A DNA stretch of 64,000 nt from Eledone cirrhosa. Taxonomy: Eukaryota. A program made the translations under genes and the position numbers. Position 1 is the first letter of the stretch. Every line of letters starts with the position of its first letter. Location of the stretch: contig OZ024757.1 of NCBI GenBank assembly GCA_964016885.1, forward strand, positions 806,001 to 870,000, written 5' to 3'. Shown here in pieces: positions 1-13,500 of this stretch. The notes under the pieces are model-generated. The model saw only the letters and a list, made by a program, of their open reading frames with translations. It had not been told where the DNA came from and searched no databases.

Positions 1-2099
1 AGCTACTGTCTTCACCCTAATAGCTACTGTCTCCACCCCAATGTCATTATCTCACCCTAGTAGCTATTGTCTCCACCTCAATGTCACTATCTCACCCTAG
101 TAGCTACTGTTTCCACCCTAATGTCACTATCACACCCCAGTAGCTATTGTCTCCACCCCAATGTCACTATCTGACCCTAGTAGCTACTGTATTCACCTTA
201 ATGTCCGTATCTCACCGTAGTATCTACACTCTTCACCCCAATGTCACTATCTCACCCTAGTAGCTACTGTCTCCACCCTAATGTTACTATCTCACCCTAC
301 TAGCTACTGTCTTCACCCTAATAGCTACTGTCTCCACCCTAATAGCTACTGTCTCCACCCCAATGTCATTATCTCACCCTAGTAGCTATTGTCTCCACCT
401 CAATGTCACTATCTCACCCTAGTAGCTACTGTCTTCACCCCAATGTTACTATCTCACCCTAGTAGCTACTGTCTTCACACTAATGTCACTATCTCACCCT
501 ATTAGCTACTGTCTTCACCCAATGTAACTATCTCACCCTAGTAGCTACTGTCTTCACCCCAATGTCTCTATCTTACCCTAATAGCTACTGTCTCCACCCC
601 AATGTCATTATCTCACCCTAGTAGCTATTGTCTCCACCTCAATATCAGTATCTCACTCTAGTAGCTACTGTCTTCACCCCAAGTCACTATCTCACCCTAG
701 TAGCTACTGTCTTCACCCTAATGTCACCATCTCACCCTAGTAGCTACTGTCTTCACCCCAATGTCACTATCTCACCCTAGTAGCTACTGTCTCCACTCCA
801 ACGTCACTAGCTGACCCTAGTAGCTACTGTCTCCACTCCAATGTCACTATCTGACCCTAGTAGCTACTGTCTCCACCCTAATTTCACTATCTCACCCTAG
901 TAGCCACTGTCTTCACCCTAATGTCACTATCTCAGCCTATAATCTACTGTCTTCACCCCAATGTCACTATCTCACCCTAATAGCTATTGTCTCCACCCAA
1001 ATGTCACTATCTCACCCTAGTAGCTACTGTCTTCACCCCAATGTCACTATCTCACCCTGCCAGCTACTGTCTTTACCCCAATATCAGTATCTCACTCTAG
1101 TACCTACTGTCTTCACCCCAATGTCACTATCTCACCCTAGTAGCTACTGTCTCCACTCCAATGTCACTAGCTGACACTAGTAGCTACTGTCTCCACTCCA
1201 ATGTCACTATCTCACCCTAGTAGCTACTGTCTTTACCCCAATGTCACTATCTCACCCTAGTAGCTACTGTCTTCACCCTAATGTCACTATCTCACCCTAG
1301 TAGCTACTGTCTTCACCCTAACGTCACTATCTCACCCTAGTAGTTACTCTTTCCACCCTAATGTCACTATCACACCCCAGTAGCTATTGACTCCACCCCA
1401 ATGTCACTATGTCACCCTACAAGCTACTGTCTTCACCCTAACAGCTACTGTCTCCACCCCAATGTCATTATCTTACCCTAGTAGCTATTGTCTCCACCTC
1501 AATGTCAATATCGCACCCTAGTAGCTCTGTCTTCAACGCAATGTCACTATCTCACCCTAGTAGCTCTGTCTTCAACGCAATGTCACTATCTCACCCTAGT
1601 AGCTACTGACTTCACCCTAATTTCGCTATCTCACCCTAGTATCTACTGTCTTCACCCTAGTATCTACTGTCTTTTACCCCAATGTCACTATCTCACCCTA
1701 GTAGCTACTGTCTTTACCTCAATGTCACTATCACACCCTGCCAGCTACTGTCTTTACCCCAATGTCAGTATCTCACTCTAGTAGCTACTGTCTTCACCCT
1801 AGTAGCTATTGTTTCCACCCCAATGTCACTATCTCACCCTAGTAGCTACTGTCTTCACCCTAATGTCACTATCTCACCCTATTAGCTACTGTCTTCACCC
1901 CAATGTAACTATCTCACCCTAGTAGCTACTGTCTTCACCCTAATGTCACTATCTTACCCTAGTAGCTACTGTCTTTACCCCAATGTCAATATCTCACCCT
2001 GCCAGCAACTGTCTTTACCTCAATATCAGTATCTCACTCTAGTAGCTACTGTTTTCACCCCAATGTCACTATCTCACCCTAGTAGCTACTGTCTTCACC

Positions 2100-5000
2100 C
2101 TAATGTCACTATCTCACCCTAGTAGCTACTGTCCTCACCCCAATGTCACTATCTCACCCTAGTAGCTATTGTTTGCACCTCAATGTCAATATCTCACCCT
2201 AGTAGCTACTGTCTTCACCCTAATGTCACTATCTCACCCTAGTAGCTCTGTCTTCAACGCAATGTCACTATCTCACCCTAGTAGCTACTGACTTCACCCT
2301 AATTTCGCTATCTCACCCTAGTATCTACTGTCTTCACCCTAGTATCTACTGTCTTTACCCCAATGTCACTATCTCACCCTAGTAGCTACTGTCTTTACCC
2401 CAATGTCACTATCTCAACCTGCCAGCTACTGTCTTTACCCCAATGTCAGTATCTCACTCTAGTAGCTACTGTCTTCACCCTAGTAGCTATTGTTTCCACC
2501 CCAATGTCACTATCTCACCCTAGTAGCTACTGTCTTCACCCTAATGTCACTATCTCACCCTATTAGCTACTGTCTTCACCCCAATGTAACTATCTCACCC
2601 TAGTAGCTACTGTCTTCACCCTAATGTCACTATCTTACCCTAGTAGCTACTGTCTTTACCCCAATGTCAATATCTCACCCTGCCAGCAAATGTCTTTACC
2701 TCAATATCAGTATCTCACCCTAGTAGCTACTGTCTCCACTCCAATGTCACTAGCTGACCCTAGTAGCTACTGTCTCCACTCCAATGTCACTATCTCACCC
2801 TAGTAGCTACTGTCTTTAGCCCAATGTCACTATCTCACCCTAGTAGCTACTGTCTTCACCCTAATGTCACTATCACACCCTAGTAGCTACTGTCTTCACC
2901 CCAATGTTACTATCTGACCCTAGTAGTTACTGTCTCCACTCCAATGTCACTATCTGACCCTAGTAGCTACTGTCTCCACCCTAATGTCCCTATCTCACCC
3001 TAGTAGCCACTGTCTTCACCCTAATGTCACTATCTCACCCTAGTATCTTCTGTCTTCACCACAATGTCACTATCTCACCCTAGTAGCTACTGTCTTCACC
3101 CTAATGTCACTATCTCACCCTAGTAGCTACTGTCTTCACCCCAATGTCACTATCTCACCCTAGTAGCTACTGTCTCCACTCCAATGTCACTATCTGACCC
3201 TAGTAGCTACTGTCTCCACCCTAATGTCACTATCTGACCCTAGTAGCTACTGTCTTCACCCTAATGTCACTATCTCACCCTAGTATCTACTGTCTTCACC
3301 CCAATGTCACTATCTCACCCTAATAGCTATTGTCTTCACCCAAATGTCACTATCTCACCCTAGTAGCTACTGTCTTCACCCCAATGTCAGTATCTCACCC
3401 TAGTAGCTACTGTCTTCACCCTAATGTCACTATCTCACCCTATTAGCTACTGTCTTCACCCAACGTAACTATCTCACCCTAGTAGCTACTGTCTTCACCC
3501 TAATGTCACTATCTTACCCTAGTAGCTTCTGTCTTTACCCCAATGTCACTATCTCACCCTGCCAGCTACTGTCTTTACCCCAATATCAGTATATCACTCT
3601 AGTAGCTACTGTCTTCACCCCAATGTCACTATCTCACCCTAGTAGCTACTGTCTTCACCCCAATGTCACTATCTCACCCTAGTAGCTACTGTCTTCACCC
3701 TAACGTCACTATCTCACCCTAGTAGCTACTGTCTTCACCCCAATGTCACTATCTCACCCGAGTAGCTATTGTTTGCACCTCAATGCCATTATCTCACCCT
3801 AGTAGCTACTGTCTTCATCCCAATGTCACTATCTCACCCTAGTAGCTCTGTCTTCAACGCAACGTCACTATCTCACCCTAGTAGCTACTGACCTCACCCT
3901 AATTTCGCTATCTCACCCTAGTATCTACTGTCTTCACCCTAGTATCTACTGTCTTTACCCCAATGTCACTATCTCACCCTAGTAGCTACTGTCTTTACCC
4001 CAATGTCACTATCTCACCCTGCCAGCTACTGTCTTTACCCCAATGTCAGTATCTCACACTAGTAGCTACTGTCTTCACCCTAGTAGCTATTGTTTCCAAC
4101 CCAATGTCACTATCTCACCCTAGTAGCTACTGTCTTCACCCTAATGTCACTATCTCACCCTATTAGCTACTGTCTTCACCCCAATGTAACTATCTCACCC
4201 TAGTAGCTACTGTCTTCACCCTAATGTCACTATCTTACCCTAGTAGCTACTGTCTTTACCCCAATGTCAATATCTCACCCTGCCAGCAACTGTCTTTACC
4301 TCAATATCAGTATCTCACTCTAGTAGCTACTGTTTTCACCCCAATGTCACTATCTCACCCTAGTAGCTACTGTCTTCACCCTAATGTCACTATCTCACCC
4401 TAGTAGCTACTGTCTTCACCCCAATGTCACTATCCCACCCTAGTAGTTCCTGTCTCCACTCCAATGTCACTATCTGACCCTAGTAGCTACTGTCTCCACC
4501 CTAAAGTCCCTATCTCACGCTAGTAGCCACTGTCTTCACCCTAATGTCACTATCTCACCCTAGTATCTACTGTCTTCACCACAATGTCACTATCTCACCC
4601 TAATAGCTATTGTCTCCACCCAAATGTCACTAGCTGACCCTAGTAGCTACTGTCTCCACTCCAATGTCACTATCTCACCCTAGTAGCTACTGTCTTTACC
4701 CCAATATCAGTATCTCACTCTAGTACCTACTGTCTTCACCCCAATGTCACTATCTCACCCTAGTAGCTACTGTCTCCACTCCAATGTCACTAGCTGACCC
4801 TAGTAGCTACTGTCTCCACTCCAATGTCACTATCTCACCCTAGTAGCTACTGTCTTCACCCTAACGTCACTATCTCACCCTAGTAGCTACTGTCCTCACC
4901 CCAATGTCACTATCTCACCCTAGTAGCTATTGTTTGCACCTCAATGTCAATATCTCACCCTAGTAGCTACTGTCTTCACCCTAATGTCACTATCTCACCC

Positions 5001-7500
5001 TAGTAGCTCTGTCTTCAACGCAATGTCACTATCTCACCCTAGTAGCTACTGACTTCACCCTAATTTCGCTATCTCACCCTAGTATCTACTGTCTTCACCC
5101 TAGTATCTACTGTCTTTACCCCAATGTCACTATCTCACCCTAGTAGCTACTGTCTTTACCCCAATGTCACTATCTCAACCTGCCAGCTACTGTCTTTACC
5201 CCAATGTCAGTATCTCACTCTAGTAGCTACTGTCTTCACCCTAGTAGCTATTGTTTCCACCCCAATGTCACTATCTCACCCTAGTAGCTACTGTCTTCAC
5301 CCTAATGTCACTATCTCACCCTATTAGCTACTGTCTTCACCCCAATGTAACTATCTCACCCTAGTAGCTACTGTCTTCACCCTATTGTCACTATCTTACC
5401 CTAGTAGCTACTGTCTTTACCCCAATGTCAATATCTCACCCTGCCAGCAACTGTCTTTACCTCAATATCAGTATCTCACCCTAGTAGCTACTGTCTCCAC
5501 TCCAATGTCACTAGCTGACCCTAGTAGCTACTGTCTCCACTCCAATGTCACTATCTCACCCTAGTAGCTACTGTCTTTAGCCCAATGTCACTATCTCACC
5601 CTAGTAGCTACTGTCTTCACCCTAATGTCACTATCTCACCCTAGTAGTTACTGTCTCCACTCCAATGTCACTATCTGACCCTAGTAGCTACTGTCTCCAC
5701 CCTAATGTCCCTATCTCACCCTTGTAGCCACTGTCTTCACCCTAATGTCACTATCTCACCCTAGTATCTTCTGTCTTCACCACAATGTCACTATCTCACC
5801 CTAGTAGCTACTGTCTTCACCCTAATGTCACTATCTCACCCTAGTAGCTACTGTCTTCACCCCAATGTCACTATCTCACCCTAGTAGCTACTGTCTCCAC
5901 TCCAATGTCACTATCTGACCCTAGTAGCTACTGTCTCCACCCTAATGTCACTATCTCACCCTAGTAGCTACTGTCTTCACCCTAATGTCACTATCTCACC
6001 CTAGTATCTACTGTCTTCACCCCAATGTCACTATCTCACCCTAATAGCTATTGTCTTCACCCAAATGTCACTATCTCACCCTAGTAGCTACTGTCTTCAC
6101 CCCAATGTCACTATCTCAACCTATTAGCTACTGTCTTCACCCAACGTAACTATCTCACCCTAGTAGCTACTGTCTTCACCCTAATGTCACTATCTTACCC
6201 TAGTAGCTTCTGTCTTTACCCCAATGTCACTATCTCACCCTGCCAGCTACTGTCTTTACCCCAATATCAGTATATCACTCTAGTAGCTACTGTCTTCACC
6301 CCAATGTCACTATCTCACCCTAGTAGCTACTGTCTTCACCCTAACGTCACTATCTCACCCTAGTAGCTACTGTCTTCACCCCAATGTCACTATCTCACCC
6401 GAGTAGCTGTTGTTTGCACCTCAATGCCATTATCTCACCCTAGTAGCTACTGTCTTCATCCCAATGTCACTATCTCACCCTAGTAGCTCTGTCTTCAACG
6501 CAACGTCACTATCTCACCCTAGTAGCTACTGACCTCACCCTAATTTCGCTATCTCACCCTAGTATCTACTGTCTTCACCCTAGTATCTACTGTCTTTACC
6601 CCAATGTCACTATCTCACCCTAGTAGCTACTGTCTTTACCCCAATGTCACTATCTCACCCTGCCAGCTACTGTCTTTACCCCAATGTCAGTATCTCACTC
6701 TAGTAGCTACTGTCTTCACCCTAGTAGCTATTGTGTCCAACCCAATGTCACTATCTCACCCTAGTAGCTACTGTCTTCACCCTAATGTCACTATCTCACC
6801 CTATTAGCTACTGTCTTCACCCCAATGTAACTATCTCACCCTAGTAGCTACTGTCTTCACCCTAATGTCACTATCTTACCCTAGTAGCTACTGTCTTTAC
6901 CCCAATGTCAATATCTCACCCTGCCAGCAACTGTCTTTACCTCAATATCAGTATCTCACTCTAGTAGCTACTGTTTTCACCCCAATGTCACTATCTCACC
7001 CTAGTAGCTACTGTCTTCACCCTAATGTCACTATCTCACCCTAGTAGCTACCGTCTTCACCCCAATGTCACTATCTCACCCTAGTAGTTACTGTCTCCAC
7101 TCCAATGTCACTATCTGACCCTAGTAGCTACTGTCTCCACCCTAAAGTCCCTATCTCACGCTAGTAGCCACTGTCTTCACCCTAATGTCACTATCTCACC
7201 CTAGTATCTACTGTCTTCACCACAATGTCACTATCTCACCCTAATAGCTATTGTCTCCACCCAAATGTCACTAGCTGACCCTAGTAGCTACTGTCTCCAC
7301 TCCAATGTCACTATCTCACCCTAGTAGCTACTGTCTTTACCCCAATATCAGTATCTCACTCTAGTACCTACTGTCTTCACCCCAATGTCACTATCTCACC
7401 CTAGTAGCTACTGTCTCCACTCCAATGTCACTAGCTGACCCTAGTAGCTACTGTCTCCACTCCAATGTCACTATCTCACCCTAGTAGCTACTGTCTTCAC
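2100..7500. repeat. ~2.7-kb tandem duplication within the array (approx. 2100-4860 and 4860-7500)
   Basis: Rare variants recur in the same order: gtcctcacc 2131/4892 (offset 2761), tagtatcttc 3041/5762 (2721), caacgtaact 3461/6142 (2681), ctaaagtccc 4501/7142 (2641). Confidence 0.9.
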
Positions 7501-10500
7501 CCTAATGTCACTATCTCACCCTAGTAGCTACTGTTTCCACCCTAATATCACTATCACACCCCAGTAGCTATTGGCTCCACCCCAATGTCACTATCTCACC
7601 CTACTAGCTACTGTCTTCACCCTAACAGCTACTGTCTCCACCCCAATGTCACTATCTCACCCTAGTATCTACTGTCTTCACACCAATGTCACTATCTCAC
7701 CCCAGTAGCTATTGTCTCCACTCCAATGTCACTATCTCACCCTACTAGCTATTGTCTTCACCCTAACAGCTACTGTCTCCACCCCAATGTCATTATCTTA
7801 CATTAGTAGCTATTGTCTCCACCTCAATGTCAATATCTCACCCTAGTAGCTCTGTCTTCAACGCAACGTCACTATCTCACCCTAGTAGCTACTGACTTCA
7901 CCCTAATTTCGCTATCTCAACCTAGTATCTACTGTCTTCACCCTAGTATCTACTGTCTTTACCCCAATGTCACTATCTCACCCTAGTAGCTACTGTCTTT
8001 ACCCCAATGTCACTATCTCATCCTGCCAGCTACTGTCTTTACCCCAATGTAACTATCTCACCCTAGTAGCTACTGTCTTCACCCTAATGTCACTATCTCA
8101 CCCTAGTAGCTACTGTCTTCACCCCAATGTCACTATCTCACGCTAGTAGCTACTGTCTCCACTCCAATGTCACTAGCTGACCCTAGTAGCTACTGTCTCC
8201 ACTCCAATGTAACTATCTCACCCTAGTAGCTACTGTCTTCACCCCAATGTCACTATCTCACCCTAGTAGCTACTGTCTCCACTCCAATGTCACTAGCTGA
8301 CCCTAGCAGCTACTGTCTCCACTCCAATGTCACTATCTCACCCTAGTAGCTACTGTCTTTACCCCAATGTCACTATCTCACCCTAGTAGCTAGTGTCTTC
8401 ACCCTAATGTCACTATCTCACCCTAGTAGCTACTGTCTTCACCCCAATGTCACTATCTCACCCTAGTAGCTACTGTCTCCACTCCAATGTCACTATCTCA
8501 CCCTAGTAGCTACTGTCTCCACCCTAATGTCACTATCTCACCCTAGTAGCCACTGTCTTCACCCTAATGTCACTATCTCACCCTAGTATCTACTGTCTTC
8601 ACCCGAATGTCACTATCTCACCCTAATAGCTATTGTCTCCACCCCAATGTCACTATCTCACCCTGCTAGCTACTGTCTTTACCCCAATATCAGTATCTCA
8701 CTCTAGTACCTACTGTCTTCACCCCAATGTCACTATCTCACCCTAGTAGCTACTGTCTTCACCCTAATGTCACTATCTCACCCTAGTAGCTACTGTCTTC
8801 ACCCTAATGCCACTATCTCACCCTAGTAGCTACTGTTTCCACCCTAATGTCACTATCACACCCCAGTAGCTATTGTCTCCACCCCAATGTCACTATCTCA
8901 CCCTACTAGCTACTGTCTTCACCCTAATAGCTAATGTCTCCTCCCCAATGTCATTATCTCACCCTAGTAGCTATTGTATCCACCTCAATGTCAATATCTC
9001 ACCCTAGTAGCTCTGTCTTCAACGCAATGTCACTATCTCACTCTAGTATCTACTGTCTTCACCCTAGTATCTACTGTCTTTACCCCAATGTCACTATCTC
9101 ACCCTAGTAGCTACTGTCTTTACCGCAATGTCACTATCTCACCCTGCCAGCTACTGTCTTTACCCCAATGTAACTATCTCACCCTAGTAGCTACTGTCTT
9201 CACCCTAATGTCACTATCTCACCCTAGTAGCTACTGTCTTCACCCCAATGTCACTATCTCACCCTAGTAGCTACTGTCTCCACTCCAATGTCACTATCTC
9301 ACCCTAGTAGCTACTGTCTTTACCCCAATGTCACTATCACACCCTAGTAGCTACTGTCTTCACCCTAATGTCACTATCTCATCCTAGTAGCTACTGTCGT
9401 CACCCCAATGTCACTATCTCACCCTGCCAGCTACTGTCTTTACCCCAATATCAGTATCTCACTCTAGTAGCTACTGTCTTCACCCCAATGTCACTATCTG
9501 ACCCTAGTAGCTACTGTCTTCACCCTAATGTCACTATCTCACCCTAGTAGCCACTGTCTTCACCCTAATGTCAGTATCTCACCCTAGTATCTACTGTCTT
9601 CACCCCAATGTCACTATCTCACCCTAATAGCTATTGTCTCCACCCAAACGTCACTATCTCACCCTAGTAGCTACTCTCTTCACCCCAATGTCAATATCTC
9701 ACCCTGCTATCTACTGTCTTTACCCCAATATCAGTATCTCACTCTAGTAGCTACTGTCTTCACCCCAATGTCACTATCTCACTCTAGTAGCTACTGTCTC
9801 CACCCTAATGTCACTATCTCACACTAGTAGCTATTGTCTCCACCCCAATGTCACTATCTCACCCTAGTAACTACTGTCTCCACCCCAATGTCACTATCTC
9901 AACCTTGTATCTACTGACGTCACCCTAACGTCACTATCTCACTCTAGTAGCCTCAGTCTTCACCCCAATGTCACTATCTCATCCTAGTAGCTACTGTCTC
10001 AACTCCAATGTCACTATCTGACCCTAGTTTCTACTGTCTCCACCCTAATGTCACTATCTCACCCTAGTAGCCACTGTCTTCACCTTAATGTCACCATCTG
10101 ACCCTAGTAGCTACTGTCTCCACCCTAATGTCACTATCTCACCCTAGTAGCCACTGTCTTCACCCTAATGTCACTATCTCACCCTAGTATCTACTGTCTT
10201 CACCCCAATGTCACTATCTCACCCTAATAGCTATTGTCTTCACCCAAATGTCACTATCTCACCCTAGTAGCTACTGTCTTCACCCCAATGTCAGTATCTC
10301 ACCCTAGTAGCTACTGTCTTCACCCTAATGTCACTATCTCACCCTATTAGCTACTGTCTTCACCCAACGTAACTATCTCACCCTAGTAGCTACTGTCTTC
10401 ACCCTAATGTCACTATCTTACCCTAGTAGCTTATGTCTTTACCCCAATGTCACTATCTCACCCTGCCAGCTACTGTCTTTACCCCAATATCAGTATATCA

Positions 10501-13500
10501 CTCTAGTAGCTACTGTCTTCACCCCAATGTCACTATCTCACCCTAGTAGCTACTGTCTTCACCCCAATGTCACTATCTCACCCTAGTAGCTACTGTCTTC
10601 ACCCTAACGTCACTATCTCACCCTAGTAGCTACTGTCTTCACCCCAATGTCACTATCTCACCCGAGTAGCTATTGTTTGCACCTCAATGCCATTATCTCA
10701 CCCTAGTAGCTACTGTCTTCATCCCAATGTCACTATCTCACCCTAGTAGCTCTGTCTTCAACGCAACGTCACTATCTCACCCTAGTAGCTACTGACCTCA
10801 CCCTAATTTCGCTATCTCACCCTAGTATCTACTGTCTTCACCCTAGTATCTACTGTCTTTACCCCAATGTCACTATCTCACCCTAGTAGCTACTGTCTTT
10901 ACCCCAATGTCACTATCTCACCCTGCCAGCTACTGTCTTTACCCCAATGTCAGTATCTCACTCTAGTAGCTACTGTCTTCACCCTAGTAGCTATTGTTTC
11001 CAACCCAATGTCACTATCTCACCCTAGTAGCTACTGTCTTCACCCTAATGTCACTATCTCACCCTATTAGCTACTGTCTTCACCCCAATGTAACTATCTC
11101 ACCCTAGTAGCTACTGTCTTCACCCTAATGTCACTATCTTACCCTAGTAGCTACTGTCTTTACCCCAATGTCAATATCTCACCCTGCCAGCAACTGTCTT
11201 TACCTCAATATCAGTATCTCACTCTAGTAGCTACTGTTTTCACCCCAATGTCACTATCTCACCCTAGTAGCTACTGTCTTCACCCTAATGTCACTATCTC
11301 ACCCTAGTAGCTACTGTCTTCACCCCAATGTCACTATCCCACCCTAGTAGTTACTGTCTCCACTCCAATGTCACTATCTGACCCTAGTAGCTACTGTCTC
11401 CACCCTAAAGTCCCTATCTCACGCTAGTAGCCACTGTCTTCACCCTAATGTCACCATCTCACCCTAGTATCTACTGTCTTCACCACAATGTCACTATCTC
11501 ACCCTAATAGCTATTGTCTCCACCCAAATGTCACTAGCTGACCCTAGTAGCTACTGTCTCCACTCCAATGTCACTATCTCACCCTAGTAGCTACTGTCTT
11601 TACCCCAATATCAGTATCTCACTCTAGTACCTACTGTCTTCACCCCAATGTCACTATCTCACCCTAGTAGCTACTGTCTCCACTCCAATGTCACTAGCTG
11701 ACCCTAGTAGCTACTGTCTCCACTCCAATGTCACTATCTCACCCTAGTAGCTACTGTCTTCACCCTAACGTCACTATCTCACCCTAGTAGCTACTGTCCT
11801 CACCACAATGTCACTATCTCACCCTAATAGCTATTGTCTCCACCCAAATGTCACTAGCTGACCCTAGTAGCTACTGTCTCCACTCCAATGTCACTATCTC
11901 ACCCTAGTAGCTACTGTCTTTAGCCCAATGTCACTATCTCACCCTAGTAGCTACTGTCTTCACCCTAATGTCACTATCTCACCCTAGTAGTTACTGTCTC
12001 CACTCCAATGTCACTATCTGACCCTAGTAGCTACTGTCTCCACCCTAATGTCCCTATCTCACCCTAGTAGCCACTGTCTTCACCCTAATGTCACTATCTC
12101 ACCCTAGTATCTTCTGTCTTCACCACAATGTCACTATCTCACCCTAGTAGCTACTGTCTTCACCCTAATGTCACTATCTCACCCTAGTAGCTACTGTCTT
12201 CACCCCAATGTCACTATCTCACCCTAGTAGCTACTGTCTCCACTCCAATGTCACTATCTGACCCTAGTAGCTACTGTCTCCACCCTAATGTCACTATCTC
12301 ACCCTAGTAGCTACTGTCTTCACCCTAATGTCACTATCTCACCCTAGTATCTACTGTCTTCACCCCAATGTCACTATCTCACCCTAATAGCTATTGTCTT
12401 CACCCAAATGTCACTATCTCACCCTAGTAGCTACTGTCTTCACCCCAATGTCACTATCTCACCCTATTAGCTACTGTCTTCACCCAACGTAACTATCTCA
12501 CCCTAGTAGCTACTGTCTTCACCCTAATGTCACTATCTTACCCTAGTAGCTTCTGTCTTTACCCCAATGTCACTATCTCACCCTGCCAGCTACTGTCTTT
12601 ACCCCAATATCAGTATATCACTCTAGTAGCTACTGTCTTCACCCCAATGTCACTATCTCACCCTAGTAGCTACTGTCTTCACCCTAACGTCACTATCTCA
12701 CCCTAGTAGCTACTGTCTTCACCCCAATGTCACTATCTCACCCGAGTAGCTGTTGTTTGCACCTCAATGCCATTATCTCACCCTAGTAGCTACTGTCTTC
12801 ATCCCAATGTCACTATCTCACCCTAGTAGCTCTGTCTTCAACGCAACGTCACTATCTCACCCTAGTAGCTACTGACCTCACCCTAATTTCGCTATCTCAC
12901 CCTAGTATCTACTGTCTTCACCCTAGTATCTACTGTCTTTACCCCAATGTCACTATCTCACCCTAGTAGCTACTGTCTTTACCCCAATGTCACTATCTCA
13001 CCCTGCCAGCTACTGTCTTTACCCCAATGTCAGTATCTCACTCTAGTAGCTACTGTCTTCACCCTAGTAGCTATTGTGTCCAACCCAATGTCACTATCTC
13101 ACCCTAGTAGCTACTGTCTTCACCCTAATGTCACTATCTCACCCTATTAGCTACTGTCTTCACCCCAATGTAACTATCTCACCCTAGTAGCTACTGTCTT
13201 CACCCTAATGTCACTATCTTACCCTAGTAGCTACTGTCTTTACCCCAATGTCAATATCTCACCCTGCCAGCAACTGTCTTTACCTCAATATCAGTATCTC
13301 ACTCTAGTAGCTACTGTTTTCACCCCAATGTCACTATCTCACCCTAGTAGCTACTGTCTTCACCCTAATGTCACTATCTCACCCTAGTAGCTACCGTCTT
13401 CACCCCAATGTCACTATCTCACCCTAGTAGTTACTGTCTCCTCTCCAATGTCACTATCTGACCCTAGTAGCTACTGTCTCCACCCTAAAGTCCCTATCTC

